Source of the DNA: Candidatus Zixiibacteriota bacterium
GTDB lineage: Bacteria; Zixibacteria; MSB-5A5; GN15; FEB-12
Direction: 5' to 3'
Length of the DNA: 28,326 nucleotides
NCBI GenBank assembly: GCA_041742355.1
Contig: JBGSIV010000285.1
Coordinates: 1-28,326, forward strand
The notes under the pieces were generated by a model. It did no database searches. It had not been told where the DNA came from and was given only the letters and a program-made list of their open reading frames with translations. How positions within the stretch are numbered: the stretch's first letter is position 1; each line of letters begins with the position of its first letter. A program made the position numbers and the translations under genes. Positions 16,567 to 24,812 of this stretch are shown here, piece after piece.

Positions 16567-17631
16567 ATGAAAGCCGCCCACATACTGCTGACTATAGCTC
16601 TCGCTGTTCTTGCTTCCGGCGCGCTGTCGGAAGAGATCCCGCCGACTGCGCCCCCTGCCCCACTGAATATCCCGGCGCAGTACACTTCCCACTTCTTCTT
16701 CGCCCCATCGGTACGCTATACCTTCGGCGAAACCGAGTACGTCATGGATATCCGCCAGATCGACGGCGAACTCGGCGTTCTCAAGCTCAAGAGCCAGCTT
16801 GAATTCCCTCTCGACGGCGTCCTCGCCGGCGGCACGGTCGGTCTTCACATAGCGCGCAACAACCGCCCCCTCTGGCGGTTCGAACTCGGCCTCTGGACCA
16901 ACGCCAACAACCCCGGCGGCACCATGTATGATCACGACTGGGCCAATTTCTACACCGGCACCTACGAGAAATTCTCCTACACCGAGTCCGACGTCGAGAT
17001 GAACTCCCTGCTCATCGACCTGCGCGGGGCGTACGCGATCCACTCCCGCCCGACCTGGGATCTGTCCCTGACGGGCGGCTATCGTTACCAGCACATCTAC
17101 CAGGACGTCATCGGTTTCGCCGGCTGGCAGCTCGACCCCGAGACCTTCGAGCGCAATTACTTCGACTTCGAGAATCTGCTCGGCATCACCTACGAGATCA
17201 ACTACCACCTGCCGAATGTCGGCCTCATGCTCAACGCCGACCTCGGACAGCGCGCCACTCTCGCGGTCCACGGCGCCGGTGCGCTGGCGATCGCCTCCGA
17301 TGAAGATGACCATGTCCTGCGCAAAAAAATCTCCACCGCCGACATGACCGGCTGGGGCCTCCTCTCGGGCGCCTCGCTTGATTACGCACCCGGTGGATCG
17401 GCCGCTCCCGGCTTCTTCATCTCCCTTTCCGGCGGGTTGGACTACTTCAGCGCCTCCGGTGACCAGACCCAGTACTGGTACGAAGACGAGACGATCGATG
17501 TCTACAACCCCGAAACCGAGCAGTGGGAGGAGGAGGTTGTCGTGGAAGCCGGCACCCGCCTCACCGGCATCCCGCACGACATCACGAGCCTGCAGTTCCA
17601 CACCGGCCTCAAAGTCGGCTTCCGTTTCTAG
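16567..17631 (+). CDS. Omptin-family outer-membrane beta-barrel protease
   Basis: Signal peptide MKAAHILL...; SQLEF, MYDHDW (D83/D85 equivalents), DEDDHVLR (D210/H212 equivalents); C-terminal Phe. Start re-called to ATG 16567 with GGGAG RBS. Confidence 0.85.
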   Translation: MKAAHILLTIALAVLASGALSEEIPPTAPPAPLNIPAQYTSHFFFAPSVRYTFGETEYVMDIRQIDGELGVLKLKSQLEFPLDGVLAGGTVGLHIARNNRPLWRFELGLWTNANNPGGTMYDHDWANFYTGTYEKFSYTESDVEMNSLLIDLRGAYAIHSRPTWDLSLTGGYRYQHIYQDVIGFAGWQLDPETFERNYFDFENLLGITYEINYHLPNVGLMLNADLGQRATLAVHGAGALAIASDEDDHVLRKKISTADMTGWGLLSGASLDYAPGGSAAPGFFISLSGGLDYFSASGDQTQYWYEDETIDVYNPETEQWEEEVVVEAGTRLTGIPHDITSLQFHTGLKVGFRF

Positions 17632-17655
17632 GTCGCTCTGGAGATTCCGAATGAA

Positions 17656-17683
17656 GTGTCAGGCGGAGTCGCCTGACACCTCC
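17656..17683 (-). repeat. REP-like palindrome (GGAG variant)
   Basis: Minus strand: GGAG + GTGTCAGGCG-ACTC-CGCCTGACAC. Shares the GTCAGGC/GCCTGAC core with the 13.7-kb REPs. Confidence 0.55.
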
Positions 17684-17686
17684 CCC

Positions 17687-17718
17687 AAACAGAAAAGCCC
17701 CGGCTTGAGCCGGGGCTT
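17687..17718 (-). terminator. Intrinsic terminator of the PDZ gene, between convergent genes
   Basis: Minus strand: AAGCCCCGGCT-CA-AGCCGGGGCTT followed by TTCTGTTT. Confidence 0.78.
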
Positions 17719-17744
17719 CCAGTGCATATTCCCTCACGCTTGCG

Positions 17745-18827
17745 CTACCGCGTCTCCGAGGCCCTCGCCACCGGCCGCAGCACCACTGTCTGCGCATTCC
17801 CTTTCCGGATAATCTGCAGTGTCGCGCCCCCCTTGTCGTAACGCTCGAGTACCCGTTCCGCCAGCTGCTTGTGGCTCTGCACCCGCGCGCCATCGACTGT
17901 CCGGATCAAATCCCCCTCGCGCAGACCCGCCGCATACGCCGCCCGATCGGAATCGAGCTTGTCGACCTGCAGCAGGCCGTTTTCGTGAATGCTCACCGCC
18001 ATCCCCAGTTCTCCCTTCAGCGGCAGTCCCTCGACAAACGAGCGTGGGCGATCCGGCCGATCGTTCCGCTGGGGCGGACGCGTCGCATCCACCAGTTCCG
18101 AACTCGGCGACTCCGCCATCACCCACTGGGCCAGTGTCTTCTCCGGCGTCAGCTCCCATTTCCCGGCGAAATACCGTTCGAATACCTCCATCCCCGGGAA
18201 GTGATTCCGCCAGAACGCCGACTGCCAGGCCGCCTGCGCCGAATCCGCTCCCAGCACATGGCGCGCGGTCGTGATCGCAAGGAGAAGCGCCAGGTTGTCC
18301 CGACGGTATATCCCCGGCCGCATCAGCGCATGGTTCGCCAGGCCGGCCACACTGCCGCCCACCGGCTGATCCAGGAGCCGCCGCGCCAGCTGGTAAACCA
18401 CATTGAGTTTCAGCGCCTTTCCCGCGGGCGCCGCCTCGATCAGTTCCCCCCGTCGCATCCCCCCCACCGGCACGACCAGGGGATCGGGCGAGCCGAGCGA
18501 CGGGAAGTACCGCACGACGTAGAAATCCAGGACGCGCTCGCTCCATGCTATCCCGGCCAGTTCGGAGAGCACATGGAGAATCGTGTCCCCCTGCACCCGC
18601 ACGAACTCATCGAGCGCCGCATCGTGGTCGTCCGCCCACTCGATATCCGCCCGTGCGTCGAACCGCGCGTAGTGGTCGGGGTACAGCGCCCGCTGCAGTT
18701 CGACCGCGCCGTGGTTGAGGCGCACTTCAGGGATTTGTCCGGAAAAGGTAAACGGCAGGCTCATCACGCGCTGGCCCGGCAACGACGCCGCCACCGACAG
18801 GATAATCAAGGCTATCGTGTGTATCAT
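17745..18827 (-). CDS. Exported protein with C-terminal PDZ domain
   Basis: Signal peptide; GELGM, AAYAAGLREGDLIRTVDG, ATLQIIRKG. Confidence 0.85.
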   Translation of the reverse strand: MIHTIALIILSVAASLPGQRVMSLPFTFSGQIPEVRLNHGAVELQRALYPDHYARFDARADIEWADDHDAALDEFVRVQGDTILHVLSELAGIAWSERVLDFYVVRYFPSLGSPDPLVVPVGGMRRGELIEAAPAGKALKLNVVYQLARRLLDQPVGGSVAGLANHALMRPGIYRRDNLALLLAITTARHVLGADSAQAAWQSAFWRNHFPGMEVFERYFAGKWELTPEKTLAQWVMAESPSSELVDATRPPQRNDRPDRPRSFVEGLPLKGELGMAVSIHENGLLQVDKLDSDRAAYAAGLREGDLIRTVDGARVQSHKQLAERVLERYDKGGATLQIIRKGNAQTVVLRPVARASETR

Positions 18828-18869
18828 GCCACTAAGAAAACAGCCCGCCGCGATTCATGCAATATGAAA

Positions 18870-19802
18870 CTACCGTATCGCCGGGCCCGGCTGCGTGCCG
18901 TACGGTGCGGCGACCGCCTGCTGCGGCTCGAGCAGCTGGAAGTAGAAGAGCGTGAAGGCCGCATCCAGCGCGGTCCCGAGAAATCCGTTCAACGGCAGCA
19001 TCACCGCCCAGATAATCGGCAACGCCGCCAGCAGCGCCGGCACGAATCCGATATCGAGCGACTGCGCGAGCAGGTACAGCGGCATACCCACCACCAGCGC
19101 GATAATCGTAATGATGATCACGAGCATGATCCAGAAGACGATGAATATGGCGAATATCGCCAGGCACGACAGCGTGTGCCGACGGAAGAGCACCGCCCCC
19201 TCGTTGATGGCATCGAGCACGCCCGTGCGGCGCACGGTCAGCGCCCGGTAACCTAACCCGAAAATCATGACGACCGCGAAGACTATCCCGAATGCCGCCA
19301 CCAGCCCCGCCATCACGACCGGTATAACGAGGAGACCGTGTATGGCCGCGAACAGGATGCCGAGGAGAATCCCCACGACCAGCAGGAGGATGAAGGCTCC
19401 GAATCCCGTGAGCGCCTCCAGCACCATCACTCCCAGCGTGCGCCACATCAGGTCCACACCGACCGACAACGAGTGGCTGAAGCGGTACTGGCCGCCCCGC
19501 GTCAGGCGGTTGACGGCGTCGATTAGCGCCGGCTGACAGAGCGCACCGAGCAGTATGTGGGTCACGATCAGCGCAAGGACCACCAGCACCAGCGCCGGCG
19601 CCAGCCAGGGCATCGCCTCGAAGATCTGGCCAAAATCGATGTCCGACTTTCCGAACGCGCCGAGGTCGGCTTCCCAGTCCTCATCGATCGACAATTGCAG
19701 CGCGCCGATCGCGCCGCCGGACGCAAACAGCCCGAACACCCACAGCGATTTCTGCTGCCAGGCCACCCGAAACGCGTTGTTGATAATACTTCCGTAGTCC
19801 AT
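18870..19802 (-). CDS. Multi-pass membrane protein of unknown function
   Basis: About 6 hydrophobic helices; MDYG.I...AF...W..K.LWVFG N-terminus; TLFY near the C-terminus. Start re-called to ATG 19802 with AGAGG RBS. Confidence 0.82.
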   Translation of the reverse strand: MDYGSIINNAFRVAWQQKSLWVFGLFASGGAIGALQLSIDEDWEADLGAFGKSDIDFGQIFEAMPWLAPALVLVVLALIVTHILLGALCQPALIDAVNRLTRGGQYRFSHSLSVGVDLMWRTLGVMVLEALTGFGAFILLLVVGILLGILFAAIHGLLVIPVVMAGLVAAFGIVFAVVMIFGLGYRALTVRRTGVLDAINEGAVLFRRHTLSCLAIFAIFIVFWIMLVIIITIIALVVGMPLYLLAQSLDIGFVPALLAALPIIWAVMLPLNGFLGTALDAAFTLFYFQLLEPQQAVAAPYGTQPGPAIR

Positions 19803-19927
19803 GCCAGACCTCTCTGCCAATCGGTTTCAGCCCCGTGTACAAATTACCGCCACGCCACACGGCGGCACAAGGAGAATCCCTGTGCATTTCGCTTGTTCGC
19901 CGCCTCCTCCTTGATTTACTTTCATCT

Positions 19928-20320
19928 ATGCGGCTGATTCAATCTCAAAGTGCCCGGGCGGTCATTTTTCTGGTCACCCTCCTGACTTGTTTCCCTGGCT
20001 GCGGGCAGAAGCAGGATAATTCTGACCCGCGATCCGCTGCCGACACAACCTCGGCCGCCCTCGACAGCGTTGTCTTGATCATGGTCGCGAGCGACTCCAC
20101 CACCGTCCTTGATCTCACCCGATTCCATCACGATGTGGAGAGCCGCGCCTCCGCCCTCGGCGCGTTCGTCACCGCCATCGACTCGATCGAGAACTCCCGC
20201 CGCGCCTTCTGGGTCTACTCGGTCAATGACTCCACTCCTCTCGTCGCCGCCGACAAACAGCTGGTCGTCCCCGGCGACACCGTCCGCTGGCACCTTCGTT
20301 TCTCCGACCCGACGCCGTAA
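19928..20320 (+). CDS. Lipoprotein with DUF4430 (transcobalamin C-terminal-like) domain
   Basis: Lipobox-like FPGC; FVTAIDSIEN...FWVYSVN...AAD...PGDTVRW. Start re-called to ATG 19928. Confidence 0.78.
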   Translation: MRLIQSQSARAVIFLVTLLTCFPGCGQKQDNSDPRSAADTTSAALDSVVLIMVASDSTTVLDLTRFHHDVESRASALGAFVTAIDSIENSRRAFWVYSVNDSTPLVAADKQLVVPGDTVRWHLRFSDPTP

Positions 20321-20405
20321 ACCTTCCCACCCCCCTTTGTGCGCCTTGAGCCGACCCGATATTTATCGCTGACTTTTTCAACGCGGCAGCGTTATATTTC
20401 CCCCC

Positions 20406-21200
20406 ATGATCGATCAGACTTTCAAACGTATCGCCGATGGCGAGCTCTTCCTTATAGCCGGCCCCTGTGTGGTCGAATCCGACACGCTCTGCCTCGAGAT
20501 TGCCGATCGCGTAGCCGAGTTGTGCGACAAGCGCAACATCCCCTACATCTTCAAAGCCTCGTACCGGAAGGCCAACCGCACCGCCCTCGGCTCCTTCACC
20601 GGCCCCGGTATCGATGACGGTTTGCGCGCTCTTTGTCTTGTGCGGGAACGACTTCGCATTCCGGTCCTGACCGACATCCACGAGACCTCCGAAATCCCGG
20701 CCGTGGCCGAAGTCGCCGACATCCTCCAGATTCCGGCCTTCCTCTCGCGGCAGACCGATCTCCTCGCCGCCGCCGGTGCGACCGGCCGCTGGGTGAATAT
20801 CAAGAAGGGGCAGTTCCTCGCCCCCGACGATATGGCCCACGCCGTCAAGAAAACCGGCACCGATAAGGTCATGCTCACCGAACGCGGCACGACTTTCGGC
20901 TACCACAACCTCGTCGTCGATTTCCGCTCCCTGCTGATTATGAAGCAGTACGGCCTGACCGTTTTCGACGCCACCCACTCGCTCCAACTTCCCTCGGGGG
21001 CCGGCGGCGTCTCCGGCGGCCAACCCGATTTCGTCATTCCCATGGCCCGCGCCGCCGTCGCTATCGGTGTCAACGGGCTCTTCGTCGAAACCCACCCCGA
21101 CCCGGCCCGGGCCCTTTCCGACGCCGGCTCGATGTTGCCGCTCCGATGCATGCCGGAACTCCTCGACGATATCCAACGCATCCGCGAAGCGCGAGGGTAA
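20406..21200 (+). CDS. kdsA: KDO8P synthase (metal-dependent type)
   Basis: AGPCVVES, KASYRKANRT, QIPAFLSRQTDL, KKGQF, ERG, DATHS, FVETHP. Confidence 0.97.
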   Translation: MIDQTFKRIADGELFLIAGPCVVESDTLCLEIADRVAELCDKRNIPYIFKASYRKANRTALGSFTGPGIDDGLRALCLVRERLRIPVLTDIHETSEIPAVAEVADILQIPAFLSRQTDLLAAAGATGRWVNIKKGQFLAPDDMAHAVKKTGTDKVMLTERGTTFGYHNLVVDFRSLLIMKQYGLTVFDATHSLQLPSGAGGVSGGQPDFVIPMARAAVAIGVNGLFVETHPDPARALSDAGSMLPLRCMPELLDDIQRIREARG

Positions 21201-21203
21201 TCT

Positions 21204-21740
21204 ATGCCGACCACCAAGCTCTCCCGCGAAGATTTCTGCCGCCGCCTCGCCGAAGTGAAACTGCTGGCGATGGATGTCGACGGCGTATTGACTGACGACA
21301 CGCTTTACTTCGGCCCCGACGGCTTCGAGCTCAAACGGTTCAATGTCTCCGACGGCCTCCTCATGGTCCTCGCCATGCGCGCCGGCCTCCAGCTCGCGGT
21401 CGTCTCGGGACGGTACTCTGCCGCCACCGATACCCGCATGCGCGACCTCGGCCTCACCCATGTCCTGCAGGGAATGAAAGACAAAGTGAAGCAGATCACC
21501 CCGCTCCTGACCGACTTGGATCTGACCTTCGAGCAGGTCGCGTTCGTCGGGAACGAGATCCTCGATATCAGCCTCGCCGAGAAGGTCGGCCTCGCCATAG
21601 CTGTTGCCGACGCCTCCCCGCATCTCATCGACACCGTAGACTTCGTCACCACCCGCCGCGGCGGCGATGGCGCGGTGAGAGAAATCCTCGAGTGCTACTT
21701 CGAGGCTATCGGCCGCGACCCAAGGGAGTTCCTCGTATGA
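21204..21740 (+). CDS. kdsC: KDO8P phosphatase (HAD C0 family)
   Basis: DVDGVLTD, KRFNVSDG, SGR, GGDGAVRE; synteny. Motif IV is atypical (GNEILD). Confidence 0.9.
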   Translation: MPTTKLSREDFCRRLAEVKLLAMDVDGVLTDDTLYFGPDGFELKRFNVSDGLLMVLAMRAGLQLAVVSGRYSAATDTRMRDLGLTHVLQGMKDKVKQITPLLTDLDLTFEQVAFVGNEILDISLAEKVGLAIAVADASPHLIDTVDFVTTRRGGDGAVREILECYFEAIGRDPREFLV

Positions 21741-22702
21741 AGAATCTGCGCGAACACGCCCGTAACGCCATTCGCATCGAAGCCGAAGCGGTCAGCGCCA
21801 TGGCCGATCGCCTCGACGAGAACTTTGACCGCGCGGTCGACGCCCTCCTCGAGTGCCGCGGCCGCGTGATCGTCTCCGGCATGGGAAAGTCCGGCCTCAT
21901 CGGCAAGAAGATTGCCGCTACTTTCAACTCGACCGGCATCGCCTCAACCTTTCTCCACCCGGCCGAAGCGATGCATGGCGACATGGGGCTCATACAACCC
22001 GACGATCTGCTCATGATGATCTCGAAGTCCGGGCGCCTCGGCGAATCGGAACTCGTCATTGGCGTCGCCCGCCGCAAGGGACTCCCCATCATCTGCCTGT
22101 CCGGCAACCTCGACTCTGAAATGGCCCGCCGCGCCGACATCGTTCTCGATTGCAGTGTCGAAAAAGAGGCCTGCCCCAACAATCTCGTTCCGACCTCGTC
22201 CTCGACCGCGGCGCTGGTTATGGGCGACGCTCTGGCAATTGCGCTCCTTGAAGCCCGCAATTTCACCGCCGAGGACTTTGCCGTCCTCCACCCCGGCGGC
22301 TTTCTCGGCCTGCGCCTCCTCAAACGTGTCTGCGAGGTTCACCATGTCGGCGACGAACTCCCGCTCGTTGCCCCCGACGCCACGATGAAGGAGATGATTC
22401 TCGCCATGACCGGCAAGCGCCTCGGCTGCGTCCTCATGGCCGACCCCGACGGCAAGCTGGCCGGGATTTTCACCGACGGTGACTTGCGCCGTTTAGCCGA
22501 ATCACGCGCCGGCTTCTATGAACTCACCGCGCGCGAGGCGATGGTCAAGAACCCGAAGTGCATCTCCGCCGATGCCGTGCTCGACGCCGCCCTCGCCGTC
22601 ATGGAACGCTATGCGATCACGCAGTTGCCGACCATAGACCACGAGGGACGGCTTGTTGGCGTGATCCACCTGCACGACATCCTCAAATCCAAGCTCGTCT
22701 AA
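21737..22702 (+). CDS. kdsD: Arabinose-5-phosphate isomerase (SIS plus two CBS domains)
   Basis: GMGKSG, HPAEAMHGDMG, KEACP, PTSS, HPGG, TDGDLRR; ATGA overlap with kdsC. Confidence 0.95.
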   Translation: MKNLREHARNAIRIEAEAVSAMADRLDENFDRAVDALLECRGRVIVSGMGKSGLIGKKIAATFNSTGIASTFLHPAEAMHGDMGLIQPDDLLMMISKSGRLGESELVIGVARRKGLPIICLSGNLDSEMARRADIVLDCSVEKEACPNNLVPTSSSTAALVMGDALAIALLEARNFTAEDFAVLHPGGFLGLRLLKRVCEVHHVGDELPLVAPDATMKEMILAMTGKRLGCVLMADPDGKLAGIFTDGDLRRLAESRAGFYELTAREAMVKNPKCISADAVLDAALAVMERYAITQLPTIDHEGRLVGVIHLHDILKSKLV

Positions 22703-22703
22703 G

Positions 22704-23618
22704 ATGCGTCGCTCCAAACGGATCAAGCGCTGGGCGGTTTACCGCCTCGCCCTCCTGGCGATGTGGCTGCTCAACCGTCTCCCGCGTGCGGCCTCCCAGG
22801 CCTTTGGCGCCGGTTTCGGCCGAATTGCCTGGCGCTTCCTGCCCCGGGAGCGCCGCAACATTGATCGTCATCTCGATCTCGCCTACGGCTCTGAACTCAC
22901 TCCGGCTGACCGGACCGGCATCGGCAGGCGGTTCTTTATCAACAGCGGCAAGAACCTCGCCGACTTCATCCGCTTACGCGACCACTTCCAAGACGAACTT
23001 GCCACGCTAGTCACAATCGAGGGCCTGCAGCACTACCACGATGCCTTCAAAGCCGGCCGCGGCGTAATCGGCGTCACCGGTCACATCGGCAACTGGGAAA
23101 TGCTTGCCGCCCGCCTTGCTATGGAAGGCCACCCGGTGGCCGTCATTGCCCGGGAAATGTACGACCCACGCCTCGACCGTCTGCTTGTCGGCACCCGCGA
23201 AGCCCTTGGCGTGAAGAACGTCCCGACCACCGCCTCCCCACGGGTTCTTCTGGAGTGGTTGAAGAACAACGGCATTATCGGTGTCCTCATCGACACCGAC
23301 TCCATGCGCGTCCGCAGCGAGTTTGTCGACTGGTTCGGCCGCCCGGCTAACACCCCGATCGGGCAGTCCCTCCTCGGCCTCCGGGCGGGGGCCGCCTTCA
23401 TCCCGGCGGTCTGCCTCCGTCGCCCCGGAAACAAATATCATATTGTTATACGGGAACAGGTTAGAGTCGAGGAAACAGGAGACCGGGAGGCCGATGCCCT
23501 CCGTCTCACCCAGGCGTGTGTCCGCGAACTTGAGACCATCATCACCGCCCACAAGGACCAGTGGATCTGGCTGCACAACCGCTGGAATACCCGCCCCGGG
23601 CCCACAAAATCCGCTTGA
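22704..23618 (+). CDS. lpxL: Lipid A late acyltransferase (LpxL/HtrB family)
   Basis: GHIGNWE (Hx4E), FFG-like WFG, QWIWLHNRW; position in the kds cluster. Confidence 0.88.
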   Translation: MRRSKRIKRWAVYRLALLAMWLLNRLPRAASQAFGAGFGRIAWRFLPRERRNIDRHLDLAYGSELTPADRTGIGRRFFINSGKNLADFIRLRDHFQDELATLVTIEGLQHYHDAFKAGRGVIGVTGHIGNWEMLAARLAMEGHPVAVIAREMYDPRLDRLLVGTREALGVKNVPTTASPRVLLEWLKNNGIIGVLIDTDSMRVRSEFVDWFGRPANTPIGQSLLGLRAGAAFIPAVCLRRPGNKYHIVIREQVRVEETGDREADALRLTQACVRELETIITAHKDQWIWLHNRWNTRPGPTKSA

Positions 23619-23690
23619 CAAAATCGCGATAATCTCGTCCTTACCTGCCGATACAGGTATAAGTGTCGCCGAAAATGATAGTTGGATACC

Positions 23691-24305
23691 ATGAAATACA
23701 GAGTCCTACAGCTTGCCCTGCTCCTCACCGTGCTTCTGTTCGCCGCCGGATGCAACCGCGATGACCGCGCTTCCGACGGCCGCACCGCCGAATTAGACAG
23801 CTCCGGCCCCGACAGCGAAGCCAGCGGCGTGATGGTCCATCTCTACGACCGCGGCCAGGTCACAGCGATCATCAAAGCCGATAAGTTCGTCAAGTACACC
23901 GCCAACGACTCTACCATGGCTTACGGCGTCGATGCTGACTCCTACGACTCAGTCGGCAATGTCGCCACCCATGTTTCCGGAGATTCCGCCATTATTCGGG
24001 AGAATGAAGGATTCCTGACGATCTACGGGAACGTTGTGGTCGTCTCCAACGATAACCGCCGCCTCGAAACCGACTACCTCAACTGGGAATCCAAGACCGA
24101 CCGCATCTTTACCGACGCCTTCGTCCGCATCACCACCGCCGAGGAGAGCGTCCGCGGCTGGGGTATGGAGGCTGACCAGCAGATCCGCCGCTACAAGATC
24201 CTCCACCGCGTTTCCGGTGAAGTCGAGAACACCGAGAAGCTCCAGGAGGAGATGCAGGCGCCGCCTGCCTCGGAACCTCCGGCAGACACCTCTCAGCCTG
24301 AATAA
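23691..24305 (+). CDS. lptC: LPS export protein LptC, lipoprotein-type N-terminus
   Basis: Lipobox AAGC; GNVVVV, LETDYLNW, IFTDAFVRI, G.GMEAD jellyroll motifs; synteny with kds genes. Confidence 0.87.
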   Translation: MKYRVLQLALLLTVLLFAAGCNRDDRASDGRTAELDSSGPDSEASGVMVHLYDRGQVTAIIKADKFVKYTANDSTMAYGVDADSYDSVGNVATHVSGDSAIIRENEGFLTIYGNVVVVSNDNRRLETDYLNWESKTDRIFTDAFVRITTAEESVRGWGMEADQQIRRYKILHRVSGEVENTEKLQEEMQAPPASEPPADTSQPE

Positions 24306-24365
24306 CCCCTCCCCAGATTGAGCACCGTGCCGAATCACTTTCTTCTTCTGCGCGAGAGGGTCCTC

Positions 24366-24395
24366 TTGCCTCGGGCTTGTCATCCCACCTATATT
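24366..24395 (+). promoter_or_regulatory. Putative sigma70 promoter of the comEA/pilM-like pair
   Basis: TTGCCT (24366-24371), 18 bp, TATATT (24390-24395). Confidence 0.45.
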
Positions 24396-24422
24396 GCGAC
24401 GGAGACAATTCGGGAAGGACTC

Positions 24423-24812
24423 ATGAACCGCTACTTCGAGTTTTCACGGCGCCAGTTGTATTGCCTTGCGGTCCTCTGCACCACTGCGTTCGGTATGAGT
24501 TCTTACCTGGCCATTCACCAGATCCGGTCCGATCGCTCACCCGGCGCTCTGCTTCCCGTTTTTGCCGGCGCCGCAGTCGATCTTTCCGCCCCGATTGTTC
24601 CGATGCGCGGGACCTTCTCGATCGACCCCAACACCGCCCCCCTCGATTCGCTTGAACTGCTGCCGGGGATCGGTCCCTCCAAGGCCGCAGCGATCATCGC
24701 CTGCCGCGACACTCTCCCTTTTGCCTCCCTCGATGACCTCCTCAATGTTGCCGGCATTGGCCGGGCCACACTTGACAAGATGCGCCCCTTCCTGAAAGTC
24801 ACCCCCCGATGA
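24423..24812 (+). CDS. comEA: ComEA-family helix-hairpin-helix DNA-binding protein
   Basis: TM anchor; IDPNTA...LELLPGIGPSKA.AII..R...F.S.DDL..V.GIG; GAAGG RBS before ATG 24423. Confidence 0.88.
   Translation: MNRYFEFSRRQLYCLAVLCTTAFGMSSYLAIHQIRSDRSPGALLPVFAGAAVDLSAPIVPMRGTFSIDPNTAPLDSLELLPGIGPSKAAAIIACRDTLPFASLDDLLNVAGIGRATLDKMRPFLKVTPR

Noticed and set aside
17871..19256. 461-aa + strand ORF
   Set aside because: Arg/His/Gln-rich antisense shadow of two real minus-strand genes.
22021..22050. KdsD SKSGRLGE as an inactivating change
   Set aside because: Counting from the HGD histidine, the Glu equivalent to E. coli E111 is retained, as are the Lys and both His residues.
23615..23663. Perfect TTGACA as an lptC promoter
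   Set aside because: No -10 element at 16-18 bp spacing.
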